Shown: positions 55,097 through 64,000, counted from the stretch's first letter. The stretch: DNA of 64,000 nt from Salinispira sp. (GCA_965602015.1 OZ271918.1:32001-96000), one strand, 5' to 3'. The notes: generated by a model from the letters alone, not told the origin. A program made the numbers and translations.

Positions 55097-56540
55097 CTAT
55101 TCCTCCGGAAACATCGCTGATGGTAATTGATGCGGATAATTGGTCAGTGTCTCCATCATCATCTGTTACTGTTAGGGTGACGGTGTAGTCGCCGGTGTTT
55201 GCATAGGCATAGCTGACTTTCATGCCCTGTGCGCTGTGACCGTTTCCAAAATTCCAGTGGTAGTTCGTTATGCTTCCGTCCGCATCGGAGCTTGACGATG
55301 CGTTGAAGTCGATATTTTCATCCACGAAGAATTGTGAAACCGGATTGCTGGTGAATCCTGCGGTCGGCGGGGTATTTACCTCGTCGCTGATGGTCACCGA
55401 AAAAGTTGCGCTGTCGCTTAATCCGCCGTCGTCGGTGACAGTCAGGGTGAGCATATAGGTTCCGGCTGCTGCGTAGCTGTGACTCGGGTTGACGCCGCTT
55501 CCGCTTGCCCCGTCGCCGAAGTCCCAGGCATACGAAACGATGTTGCCGTCGCTGTCCGTCGAGGCCGCTGCTGTAAAACTCAAGACTTCATCGGTAAATC
55601 CGACAGTCGGTCCTGCTATGGCTGCGGACGGCGGGTCATTGGATACGGGGGCGGCGGTAATGACAACCTCGAGGAAGCTGACGCCTTCATTCAAATCATT
55701 GTCGAGAACAGCGAGAACTACCAGGTAACTTCCCGGTTCGGCAAAGCTGTGACTGGCAACAGCTTGTTCAGCGAAATTATCGTCACCAAAACGCCATTGG
55801 TAATAAATAATTGAGCCGTCATTGTCGTATGACTGGCTTGCATCAAAAATGAGGCTTTCGCCCGTCAATCCGCTGGCCGGAGCATCAATGATTGCAACGG
55901 GATTGACGGCTGCATCCTCAACTGTCGCCTCGATGACATCACTTGCAGATGCGCCGTCATTGTCGGTTACCGTGAGATTGACTGTATATGTTCCGGCTGC
56001 TGCGTAGCTGTGACTGGGGGTGACACCGCTTCCGTTGGCGCCGTCGCCGAAGTCCCAGGAATACGAAACGATGCTGCCGTCGGTATCGTGGGAAAGCGAT
56101 GCATCAAAAGTAATAACTTCATCAACCGCAGCAAGTCGATTTCCACCGGCATTAGCCGTGGGGGCCGTGTTCCCCGGGCTTAGCGCTTCGACGGTAATGT
56201 TGAGCCAGTCTCTTGAGGACGCGCCTAAATTGTCGGTTACCTTCAAAGTGATTCTGAAAGAACCTGCATTAGCATAGGAATGTGTGGGATTCTCCTCATC
56301 GGCAGTATTTCCGTCACCGAAGTCCCATTCATAGGCAACTATTTCACCATCATCCCGGCTTTCCTCGGCGGTAAAATTTACCGTTTGACCGGTTACAACG
56401 GTGATGCGGGTTTCTGAAGTATCGACAAAGCCTGCGACAGCCTGCGGTGCCGAGTTGAATAGCAGCGATAGCAGCTGACAACTGTTCAATGAAAGAACAA
56501 GCACAAAGATCACCGCAGCCAAAACTATGGTCTTACGCAT
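55080..56540 (-). CDS. Lipoprotein with five PKD domains
   Basis: Lipobox LNSC; five WDFGDG/WRFGD/WNFGNG repeats each followed by YxxxGxY.VxLTVTD; AGGAG RBS before ATG 56540. Confidence 0.88.
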   Translation of the reverse strand: MRKTIVLAAVIFVLVLSLNSCQLLSLLFNSAPQAVAGFVDTSETRITVVTGQTVNFTAEESRDDGEIVAYEWDFGDGNTADEENPTHSYANAGSFRITLKVTDNLGASSRDWLNITVEALSPGNTAPTANAGGNRLAAVDEVITFDASLSHDTDGSIVSYSWDFGDGANGSGVTPSHSYAAAGTYTVNLTVTDNDGASASDVIEATVEDAAVNPVAIIDAPASGLTGESLIFDASQSYDNDGSIIYYQWRFGDDNFAEQAVASHSFAEPGSYLVVLAVLDNDLNEGVSFLEVVITAAPVSNDPPSAAIAGPTVGFTDEVLSFTAAASTDSDGNIVSYAWDFGDGASGSGVNPSHSYAAAGTYMLTLTVTDDGGLSDSATFSVTISDEVNTPPTAGFTSNPVSQFFVDENIDFNASSSSDADGSITNYHWNFGNGHSAQGMKVSYAYANTGDYTVTLTVTDDDGDTDQLSASITISDVSGGIDVLID

Positions 56541-56684
56541 TGAGGTCTCCTGATTTCTTATTTGCAAAGTGGTACTGAACTGTAGAATATCATGAAATTG
56601 ACAATATAACTACGATAGAGTCTATTTTATTATTATAAAATAAAATTATAATAGATATTTTGGAAAAACGTCAAAAAGAAAAGT

Positions 56685-56758
56685 TGCCCCTGGCGCGATT
56701 CGAACGCACGACCTGCTGCTTAGGAGGCAGCTGCTCTATCCAGCTGAGCTACAGGAGC
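56685..56758 (-). tRNA. tRNA-Arg (anticodon CCT)
   Basis: Reverse complement GCTCCTGTAGCTCAGCTGGATAGAGCAGCTGCCTCCTAAGCAGCAGGTCGTGCGTTCGAATCGCGCCAGGGGCA: 7-bp acceptor stem, D-loop GG, GTTCGAA T-loop; CCA not encoded. Confidence 0.95.
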
Positions 56759-56969
56759 GGATTTCAGTTAGCCAAACTGTAGCAGAGCTTTGCGCTTTTA
56801 TCAACATTATTGCACATGCATCTCCACGCTCCGTTTGCACAGAGAAAATAATTTCGCATATCTCTTGATAAGTTAATTTATTATCGATAAAATAATATCA
56901 TTATTAAAACACGGGTACCCGCGCCCGTGGCTGATCCGGCAACCGTATGTCCTTGACGAGGAGCGTTTT

Positions 56970-57407
56970 ATGGCATGTTTGCTTGTTTGTATCGATTTCT
57001 CCCCACTGACCGATAAATTAATCGACACCGCAAAGGGCATGGCCCGTTGCATGAACCTGCGCATTCACCTGGTGCATGCCCAGGGCGAACGGGCGCTGGT
57101 GCCCACGGCGGTAATTTCCAACCGGGCCCACTCGGGCCGCAAGGCCGATTCCCTCGAGCGGCGGACGAAGGTCGCCCGGCTGGGCAAGCTCTGCGCCAAG
57201 CTTGAAGACCAGGGGTTCACTGCGACCTGCGCAACGCCCTCGGGCAGGGCGGCGGATGTTCTTATCAAGGAAGCGAGAATCCACGACGCCCGGATGATGG
57301 TGATGGGCTGCCACGGAAACGGCGCGGTGCATCACCTCATGTCCGGATCCGTCGCCGAGGACGTGCTAAAAGGCTTGAGCATACCGACGGTGCTGGTTCC
57401 CGGCTAA
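56970..57407 (+). CDS. Universal stress protein
   Basis: LLVCIDFS, MMVMGCHGNG, MSGSVAEDVL, PTVLVP; GAGGAG RBS. Confidence 0.88.
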   Translation: MACLLVCIDFSPLTDKLIDTAKGMARCMNLRIHLVHAQGERALVPTAVISNRAHSGRKADSLERRTKVARLGKLCAKLEDQGFTATCATPSGRAADVLIKEARIHDARMMVMGCHGNGAVHHLMSGSVAEDVLKGLSIPTVLVPG

Positions 57408-57499
57408 TCCTAAGAATTGGCAGCATATAGCCGATTAGCCATTCAAAAAACCGATATCTTTTTCTTTTATTCCCTTAAAGCCCGTGTTACAATTCCCTC

Positions 57500-57761
57500 C
57501 AAGATTGGGGGATACACAATCTGCACGGATTTCCGGCGGGTCAGAGTTTTATGACCCGGGGATTATGGTGTTTTGTTCCGGCCGAAGGAGAGCGCTTTGC
57601 GGGAAGGGCTCTGCTGTGCAATACGGCGGATTCAGACTCCGGATATTCGTGACCGGTACATTTGACGGACTACGTCGTGCTACCTTTTTCGGTTTTGCAG
57701 TGTTCTGCAATGCCATGGGATCAGCTCCCGGTGATGTGTTACATCACCGGGAGTTTTTTTT
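57500..57761 (+). ncRNA. Candidate structured small RNA (unassigned)
   Basis: Extended -10 TGtTACAAT at 57485-57493, several hairpins, strong + strand terminator; no convincing long ORF. Confidence 0.3.
57725..57761 (+). terminator. Rho-independent terminator, + strand
   Basis: Perfect 13-bp stem ctcccggtgatgt-gtt-acatcaccgggag followed by T8. Confidence 0.85.
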
Positions 57762-57785
57762 GCGCCAAATCTCGCAGGCCTTCGT

Positions 57786-58706
57786 TTATCCCCTGTCACC
57801 GAGCTGACCGCAGGCGCCCAAAACCTGCCGGCCCTTGGTGTGGCGGACGGTGTTTGCAACGCCTCTTTCGGAAAGCATCATGGCAAAGCCGTGAACCGCG
57901 TTATCATGGGGAACCGCCATAGTCATAGCGTTTACCAGCGGAGGGGAACTTATGGGATTCCAGGGTATGACGTTTACCAGGCAATCCAGGCCGCGGCAAA
58001 AATCCGCGACCGCGTCGGCTTCCGCCGAATCGTGGTTGATTCGGTCAAAAATAACCATTTCCAGAATGATGCGCTTATTGGTTTCCCGGTGATACTCGTC
58101 CAGGGCTGCCCTGGCCAGACCCAGGAACCCGGTGCCGCTGGCGGGAATCAGCCGGTTTCGGATTTCCTCACGGGCGGAGATCAGGCTGAAGGCCAGGCCG
58201 AGAGCCGGCCGATGTGCGGCCAGCCGGCGGATTCCGAGAAGGTAGCCCGCAGTGCTTATAGTAATTCTCCGCGGGAAGATATTCCGGCCTTTCTGATCGG
58301 TCAGGATGCCCACGGCCTCCAGCACAGCGTCGAGGTTGTGAAGGGCCTCGCCCATGCCCATAAATACCGCGTTGGTGAGATCCAGGTTCCGGGCTGCAGC
58401 CCGGGCCTTTACCGCGTCGAACTGGGCGATTATCTCATCGGCGCTGCAGTTGCGCAGCAGGCCCATCTGCCCGGTGGCGCAGAAGCGGCAGCCCATGGCG
58501 CAGCCCAGCTGACTGGACAGGCAGGCGGTGGCCCGTCCCTTGTCGTTGACCAGCAGAACCGCTTCCAGGCCGGGCTGCTGCCCCTCAACCTGGCCCGCCG
58601 GTACAAATACCAGCTTTTCCGAACCGTCGTCGGCAATCAAGGTTTTTCCCAACGTCAGTCCAGCTGTTCCGGATGTGCCGGCTTGCTTTGTATGATTGCC
58701 GTTCAT
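57786..58706 (-). CDS. RlmN/Cfr-family radical SAM RNA methyltransferase (short N-terminus)
   Basis: CLSSQLGCAMGCRFCATG, VFMGMGEA, ITISTAG, VNVIPWN, GACGQL. Confidence 0.85.
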   Translation of the reverse strand: MNGNHTKQAGTSGTAGLTLGKTLIADDGSEKLVFVPAGQVEGQQPGLEAVLLVNDKGRATACLSSQLGCAMGCRFCATGQMGLLRNCSADEIIAQFDAVKARAAARNLDLTNAVFMGMGEALHNLDAVLEAVGILTDQKGRNIFPRRITISTAGYLLGIRRLAAHRPALGLAFSLISAREEIRNRLIPASGTGFLGLARAALDEYHRETNKRIILEMVIFDRINHDSAEADAVADFCRGLDCLVNVIPWNPISSPPLVNAMTMAVPHDNAVHGFAMMLSERGVANTVRHTKGRQVLGACGQLGDRG

Positions 58707-59314
58707 GATTTTCGCTTTTTATCCATTAGTATGCGGGTTCCCGCGCCTCCTGCAACGACGGAGCGCATGGTCTCCTCGAAGCTGGCGTCGACGAACTGCA
58801 CCCTGTCCGCTGTTATGTGAAACACCAGGCCGTTGGTGGGGTTCGGGCTCGTGGGCACGAATGCGGTGTACATGCCGCTCTCATCGTGCTCGTCGGTAAT
58901 AAATGCGGTCATCTGGGTTTCGTTCTCATACGGGCGGATCAGCGCGGGCCGGGTAAACAACTGGCTTCGTTTATCGGTGTTAAAAAACGGCCGCGCAGCC
59001 TCCCTGATGAGGGAGTAGCCGGGAATCCGGCGGAGGAAGTGGCGTTCCAGACTCTGATGCGCAAAGGTTCCCACCTTGGTCCGGACGATCAGCCCGATGA
59101 CGAAACATCCCACAGCAATAACGATGACCGAAAGAACGGCTGCCAGACTGACGGAAATTCCCATCAGCTGATTGAGATACAGTGAGACCGGCCGAAGGGC
59201 TTCGGTGGTCACCGAATACAGCCAGTTGAAAAAAAAGATCAGCACCACCACCGGGAAAATGACCGCCACTCCCCCGATGAACATGGTGCTGATGAATCTG
59301 CTGAGTTTCTTCAT
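58703..59314 (-). CDS. DUF502 membrane protein
   Basis: Two TMs; RIPGYSLI; AFVPTSPNPTNG; VVAGG. Confidence 0.85.
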   Translation of the reverse strand: MKKLSRFISTMFIGGVAVIFPVVVLIFFFNWLYSVTTEALRPVSLYLNQLMGISVSLAAVLSVIVIAVGCFVIGLIVRTKVGTFAHQSLERHFLRRIPGYSLIREAARPFFNTDKRSQLFTRPALIRPYENETQMTAFITDEHDESGMYTAFVPTSPNPTNGLVFHITADRVQFVDASFEETMRSVVAGGAGTRILMDKKRKS

Positions 59315-59361
59315 AAGTCCCCCCGGGCTGCCGCCCCGGATGGGAGGACCGGGTCGCGCCC

Positions 59362-60639
59362 TTACTTCTCGCTGAAACCCGCCATGGCCCGCATTTGGGC
59401 CGCCGGGCCGTCTTTCGCGTTTCTCTTGTCGTGGATGATGGCCTGGACGCCGGTGGCGAGCCCGTACAGGTTGATAAAGCCCGTGGCGTCGCTGTGGTCG
59501 TACCCCGACTCGCCGAAGCTCGCCAGGTCTTCAATATACAACGAATAGGGGCTTCTGCGGCCCACAATGGTGATATTCCCCTTGTACAGGGTGAGACGCA
59601 CTTCGCCGCTGCAGTATTTTGTCGCTTCTTCCATGTACGCGTCCATACTCTCCCGGAAATGTCCGAACCACTTGCCCGCATAGACGATGTCGGCGTATTT
59701 CAGAGCCAGGGAGTTTTTCATCGAGAGGGTGTCGAAGTCCATGGTGATCATTTCCAGTTCGCGCAGCGCCTTGTGGAGGATGGTGCCCGCGGGGGTTTCG
59801 TAGACTCCCCGGCTTTTCATTCCGACCAGGCGGGTTTCAACCAGATCCGCCCGGCCGACACCGTGTTCGCCGCCGAGCCTATTGAGAGCTTCGAGCATGT
59901 CCACTTCGCTCATTTCCACTCCGTCCAGGGCCACCGGAAATCCCTTCTGGAATTTCAAGGTCAGTTCTGCCTCCTGATCGGGGGCGTCCTTTGGATCTTT
60001 GGTGAGCTGGAACATGTCCGCCTCGGGACGGTTCCAGGGATTTTCGAGGATTCCTCCCTCGTGGCTCATGTGCCAGATATTCCAGTCCCGGCTGTAAATG
60101 TTCTGCTTGCTGATATTCCCGATCGGTATGCCGTGTTTCTGGGCATAATCTATCGCCTGCTCGCGGCTGGTAATGTCCCAGAGCCTCCACGGCGCGATGA
60201 TGTCCAGTTCCGGCGCCAGAGCTTTGTAGGTCAATTCGAAACGCACCTGGTCATTGCCCTTTCCTGTGCATCCGTGTGCCAGGGCGTCAGCGCCTTCCTT
60301 GAGGGCGATTTCCACCTGATGCTTAGCCTGGAGGGGACGGGCGATAGATGTGCCCAGAAGGTACTTGCCTTCGTAAATCGCCCCTGCCCGGAGCAAGGGC
60401 CACAGGTATTCCCGGGCGAATTCTTCCCGGGCGTCGATGATGTACAGCTTGCTGGCACCCGAAGCCTTGGCCTTGGCGTCCATGGCTTCCCAGTCCTCGC
60501 TCTGGCCCACATTTACGCAGACCCCGACAATTTCGGGGTTATCGTAATGTTCCTTGAGCCAGGGGATAATAATCGAGGTATCGAGGCCGCCCGAATAGGC
60601 GAGCACTATTTTCTTGAGGCTTTTTTTCTCCGACTTCAT
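59362..60639 (-). CDS. argG: Argininosuccinate synthase
   Basis: LAYSGGLDTS, LLGTSIARP, HGCTGKGNDQVRFE, GMKSRGVYETPAG; AGGAG RBS before ATG 60639. Confidence 0.97.
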   Translation of the reverse strand: MKSEKKSLKKIVLAYSGGLDTSIIIPWLKEHYDNPEIVGVCVNVGQSEDWEAMDAKAKASGASKLYIIDAREEFAREYLWPLLRAGAIYEGKYLLGTSIARPLQAKHQVEIALKEGADALAHGCTGKGNDQVRFELTYKALAPELDIIAPWRLWDITSREQAIDYAQKHGIPIGNISKQNIYSRDWNIWHMSHEGGILENPWNRPEADMFQLTKDPKDAPDQEAELTLKFQKGFPVALDGVEMSEVDMLEALNRLGGEHGVGRADLVETRLVGMKSRGVYETPAGTILHKALRELEMITMDFDTLSMKNSLALKYADIVYAGKWFGHFRESMDAYMEEATKYCSGEVRLTLYKGNITIVGRRSPYSLYIEDLASFGESGYDHSDATGFINLYGLATGVQAIIHDKRNAKDGPAAQMRAMAGFSEK

Positions 60640-61913
60640 GCGGTTCTCCTTTTCAAAACTCTGCGAAGTATTGATTCCAGTTCGTCTATGTCGTTGTTTT
60701 CGATAACCAGCGGCGGCGCCATGCGCAGAATGTTGGTCCCGGCCCGCAAAACAAGCAGGCCCTCTTCCATGCATTCGGCGATAAAACCCGGAAGGGCCTC
60801 TCCGTCCCGGACTGCCAGTCCCCTGAGCATGCCCCGGCCCCGGGGAGCTTCACCGGCTATGAAGAAGCCGGGGTGGTCGTCGCGGATGGCTTCCAGACGT
60901 CGTCCGAGATAGTCCGCCGTGGCGTTTACCCCCTCGAGGAATCCCGGCCGGGTTATCTCGTCCCAGACCAGGCCTGCGGCGGCGGTGGTTACCGGTCCCC
61001 CGCCGAAGGTGCTGGCGTGGTCGCCGGGTTTAATGCTTTCGTGAATTCGTTTTTTCACCAGGGTGGCGGACAGGGGAAGGCCGCCGGCCAGTGGTTTGCT
61101 TAAGGTGATGATGTCCGGCCTCAGCCCGGCGCCTTCGCTGGCGAAGAGGGTACCGCATCGCCCCAGCCCGGTCTGAACCTCGTCGGCAATCAGTACGATG
61201 TCCCGCTCTGCGCATATCTCGTTGAGGGCCCGGGCGAAATCAGGCTTCATGGCGATTATGCCGCCTTCCCCCTGAATCGGTTCCACGATAACAACGCCGG
61301 TTTTACGTCCCCGGCAACCCCGAAGCCTGCGGCGCAGATCCGCAACGTCGTTAAAAACCCCGAAACGGGCTCCGGGAATGAGGGGCTCGAAGGGCGTGCG
61401 GTATTTTTTCGTCGCGGTAACCGACAGGGCGCCCATGGTCCGTCCGTGAAAGCTGTCTGCAAAGGCCAGGATTCCCGGGCGGTTTTTTCCCTTTCTATGC
61501 TGATATCCCCGGGCGTATTTAATGGCTGTTTCGTTGGCTTCGGTGCCGCTGTTGCCGAAGTGGACCGAGGCGAAGTAACCGGGATTCCGGTCCCTGCTCC
61601 AGGGCTGATCCTCTGGCAAGGGGCTTGAGCTGCAAAACTTTTCCGCCAAATCCAGGGCGGGCCGGGTGGTGAACAGATTGCTGATATGGACCAGTTTTCC
61701 CGCCTGTCGGGAGATGAGGTCCGCGAAATCCTTCCGGCCGTAGCCCAGGGCATTAACCGCGATGCCCGACGCGAAGTCCAGGTATTCCTTGCCCGCGGCA
61801 TCTCGCAGCCGTACGCCCCGGCCTTCCTCTATTATGAGCAGCTTTTCGGCATACTGTCTGGGCAGGTGATGCTTGTCCGCATAGGCTTGTTCGCCGTGAC
61901 CAGTGGTATCCAC
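60636..61913 (-). CDS. argD: Acetylornithine aminotransferase
   Basis: DFASGIAVNALG, NSGTEANE, SFHGRT, EPIQGEGG, DEVQTGLGR, LSKPLAGG, HASTFGG; GTG start with AGGAGG. Confidence 0.92.
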   Translation of the reverse strand: MDTTGHGEQAYADKHHLPRQYAEKLLIIEEGRGVRLRDAAGKEYLDFASGIAVNALGYGRKDFADLISRQAGKLVHISNLFTTRPALDLAEKFCSSSPLPEDQPWSRDRNPGYFASVHFGNSGTEANETAIKYARGYQHRKGKNRPGILAFADSFHGRTMGALSVTATKKYRTPFEPLIPGARFGVFNDVADLRRRLRGCRGRKTGVVIVEPIQGEGGIIAMKPDFARALNEICAERDIVLIADEVQTGLGRCGTLFASEGAGLRPDIITLSKPLAGGLPLSATLVKKRIHESIKPGDHASTFGGGPVTTAAAGLVWDEITRPGFLEGVNATADYLGRRLEAIRDDHPGFFIAGEAPRGRGMLRGLAVRDGEALPGFIAECMEEGLLVLRAGTNILRMAPPLVIENNDIDELESILRRVLKRRTA

Positions 61914-61950
61914 GTTTCCTCCTTTTCCCGTGATTATGTGCTGATGTGTG

Positions 61951-62739
61951 CTATCGAGTGAATCGGCTGCCCCGGCGGCCCGAGAGCAGGTCTTCAAGGC
62001 TTGCTTCCCCGCCCATGTCGCCGATGATGACTTGTCCGGCGCCCGACTTCAAGATTTCCAGGGAGTTGCGAACCTTGGGTATCATGCCGCCGGCAATGAC
62101 GCCGTCGGAAATAAGCGTTTCCGTGCGGGACTCGTCGAGACGGGAAATAACCGCGCTTTTTGGGGAATCCGGAGGCCCGTCCAGCACCCCGGGTATGTCG
62201 GACAGAAAGACCACGGTCCCGGGCGCCAGGGCTTGTGCAAGCGCCATGGCGGCGTCATCCGCATTGATATTTAGGCCGCCGCCGTCGCCGTCCGAGCTTA
62301 CGGGGCTTATCACCGGCAGATAACCGCCGGAGAGCAGATGGTCTATTAGAGCCGGGCGGATTTCTGTCACCGAGCCCGTCCGGTTATCCGAAGCGACGGG
62401 TTCGCCGGTAAACAGGCCGGCATCTACCCCGCTGATGCCAACGGCGGGCAATCCGGCGGCCAGGGCCATCCGCAGAATCATGGTATTCATCCGGCCTGCC
62501 AGACCCATGTCGATAATGGCCATTTCGGCTTCGCTGGTCTGGCGGATGCCGTCGATGAACGTTGGTTCAATGCCGAATGCCCGGGATATCCTGCTCACTT
62601 CGCTTCCGCCCCCGTGAATCAGCACAAAACGCCGTTCGCCGGACAGACGGGATATCTCGGCAATGAGGGACTTTAGCACGGCAGGCTCCTGGGCCGGGCG
62701 GCCGCCGATTTTGATCAATATTAATTCGCGGTGTTTCAC
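61951..62739 (-). CDS. argB: Acetylglutamate kinase
   Basis: IKIGG, IHGGG, GIRQT, NINADDAA, LSDIPGVL, GGMIPKV. Confidence 0.93.
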   Translation of the reverse strand: MKHRELILIKIGGRPAQEPAVLKSLIAEISRLSGERRFVLIHGGGSEVSRISRAFGIEPTFIDGIRQTSEAEMAIIDMGLAGRMNTMILRMALAAGLPAVGISGVDAGLFTGEPVASDNRTGSVTEIRPALIDHLLSGGYLPVISPVSSDGDGGGLNINADDAAMALAQALAPGTVVFLSDIPGVLDGPPDSPKSAVISRLDESRTETLISDGVIAGGMIPKVRNSLEILKSGAGQVIIGDMGGEASLEDLLSGRRGSRFTR

Positions 62740-62748
62740 GGGCAGATC

Positions 62749-63786
62749 CTATATCTCGCCATGGAGATTCAGACCGATACTTTGGTCGACACCCATCCGG
62801 ATATTCATGTTTTGGATCGCCTGGCCCCCGGCGCCTTTGTAGAGATTATCGATTACCGAAATGAGAAACAGCTGACGCTCCTCCCGGTGGAAGGTGAAAT
62901 CGCAGCGGTTGGTCCCCCGCACCTGGGAGGTTTCGGGAATATCGCTGCGCAGCCGTACAAAGGGGCTGTTGCCGTAGGCTTGCCGGAAAATGGCGTTAAT
63001 CTCTTCGTCCGCACAGTCACGGCTGAGCGTGAGACTGGTGGTCACCTCCATGCCGTGATGTACCGGAATAAGATGAGGGGTGAAATACAGTTCGCCGGGG
63101 TACTGCCCGAGGGACTTGGCCTGGTTCGATATTTCGTTCCAGTGCCGGTGGCTTTTGCCCGGACCGTAGGCGGCGGCGTTCTCGGTCCTGCTGGTGTACA
63201 AGAGATGTTCTTTTGCTTTGCGGCCGGCGCCGGATATGCCGCTCAGTGCGTTGACGATGACCGGGCCGGCGACGAGGTTTTTCCGAAGGAGGGGAATCAA
63301 CGGAAGCAGGGTGGCCGTGGGGTAGCAGCCCGGGTTGGCGATGAGTCCTGCGCTGCGGATCTCATCGGCGTACCATTCGCTCAACCCATACACCGCCGAT
63401 TCAAGGAGGTCCGGCCGATGGGCTTCCACCCCGTAGGCCGCCCGGTAGGCGTCGGCGCTGGAAAAGCGGAAATCCGCCGAAAGGTCTATGACGACCGAGG
63501 TTGAGAAAAATGGCTCGGCCAGTTCGGCGGATTTTTTATGGGGAAGGGCGGCGAATACCACGTCGGGCTTGAGTCCGACGACTGCATTGATATCCAAAAA
63601 CCGCCCGCCGGCGGCTTCAAGCTTGGGGGCATACAGGGGAGACAGCCCCGGATCGCATTCCAGTACCTCTTTGCCCGCCGATGATGAGCTTGCCGGGAGG
63701 ACCTGGTCTATGTAGGGGTGCGAGAGCGCCAGGCGCAGGAGCACCTGACCGATGTAGCCTGTGCTACCGAGAATTGCTACGGTCAT
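62749..63786 (-). CDS. argC: N-acetyl-gamma-glutamyl-phosphate reductase
   Basis: GSTGYIG, ALPH, IDLSADFR, IANPGCYPT, SGISGAGR, IDNLYKGAGGQA. Confidence 0.96.
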   Translation of the reverse strand: MTVAILGSTGYIGQVLLRLALSHPYIDQVLPASSSSAGKEVLECDPGLSPLYAPKLEAAGGRFLDINAVVGLKPDVVFAALPHKKSAELAEPFFSTSVVIDLSADFRFSSADAYRAAYGVEAHRPDLLESAVYGLSEWYADEIRSAGLIANPGCYPTATLLPLIPLLRKNLVAGPVIVNALSGISGAGRKAKEHLLYTSRTENAAAYGPGKSHRHWNEISNQAKSLGQYPGELYFTPHLIPVHHGMEVTTSLTLSRDCADEEINAIFRQAYGNSPFVRLRSDIPETSQVRGTNRCDFTFHREERQLFLISVIDNLYKGAGGQAIQNMNIRMGVDQSIGLNLHGEI

Positions 63787-63801
63787 AAATGATATCCCGC
63801 C

Positions 63802-64000
63802 TTATTCGTCCAGATCGGGAAACTTTTCCCGGAGCAGGGCGAGCATTTGATCAGGTCCTATTCCCTCCCTGACGACGATAAAAACCGCATCGTCGCCGGC
63901 CAGGGTGCCTAAAATATCCTCGAAGTTGATGCTGTCAAGAGCCAGGGCGACAGAGCCCGCATGACCGGGAAGGGTGCGGATGACGCCCATATTGCCGGAA
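63802..64000 (-). CDS. argR: Arginine repressor, C-terminal part (5' end outside the window)
   Basis: VIRTLPGHAGSVALALD...ILGTLAGDDAVFI arginine-binding domain motif. Confidence 0.9.
   Translation of the reverse strand, partial: SGNMGVIRTLPGHAGSVALALDSINFEDILGTLAGDDAVFIVVREGIGPDQMLALLREKFPDLDE

Noticed and set aside
55459..56082. Possible diversity-generating retroelement TR/VR pair
   Set aside because: The 8 mismatches are not adenine-specific, both copies are in-frame PKD domains of one gene, and no reverse transcriptase is in the window.
47200..56758. Prophage or integrative element at tRNA-Arg
   Set aside because: No integrase, phage or conjugation genes, and no duplicated tRNA 3' end was found.
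57495..57761. tmRNA, RNase P RNA or SRP RNA
   Set aside because: No tRNA-like T-arm/CCA end, no GAGGAAAGUCC, and no canonical SRP helix-8 motif.
57484..57807. 107-aa + strand ORF in the USP-rlmN gap
   Set aside because: No RBS, atypical composition, and it reads through a strong terminator into the convergent gene.
59395..60912. 505-aa + strand ORF (likewise 19161-20681 and 57840-58820)
   Set aside because: Fully antisense to well-supported genes (argG, the flavoprotein, the rlmN-like gene), with no recognisable domains.

Overview
Gene-dense, mostly chromosomal-looking bacterial DNA. Lipoprotein signal style and gene content suggest a free-living spirochete (Spirochaetaceae-like); this is an inference. 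Housekeeping and metabolic content: hslO, menA-like prenyltransferase, an Opp/Dpp-type ABC operon, tpx, crtZ, a long-chain acyl-CoA ligase, ettA, tRNA-Arg(CCT), a USP, an rlmN-like gene and an argR-argC-argB-argD-argG cluster. The most notable locus is about 21.5-29.0 kb. There, a divergently transcribed pair of paralogs share a ~170-aa domain I cannot name, and one copy is fused to an HU/IHF DNA-binding domain. The pair heads a tightly coupled operon: metallophosphoesterase, transmembrane Ser/Thr kinase, multi-TM FHA protein, exported vWA-TM-FHA protein and a DUF1707/LiaF-like protein. Both FHA domains lack the canonical phosphothreonine-binding residues. Other notable items: a 151-bp MITE present twice in inverted orientation plus a solo end; a histidine kinase with a CxxC-x4-CxxC insert in its ATP lid; a cbbQ/cbbO (norQ/norD)-type pair with no visible client; a 2OG-Fe(II) oxygenase resembling a eukaryote-rich family; a surface-protein islet downstream of tRNA-Arg; and a structured ~260-nt intergenic sRNA candidate. 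All calls come from reading motifs by eye; no database searches were run.
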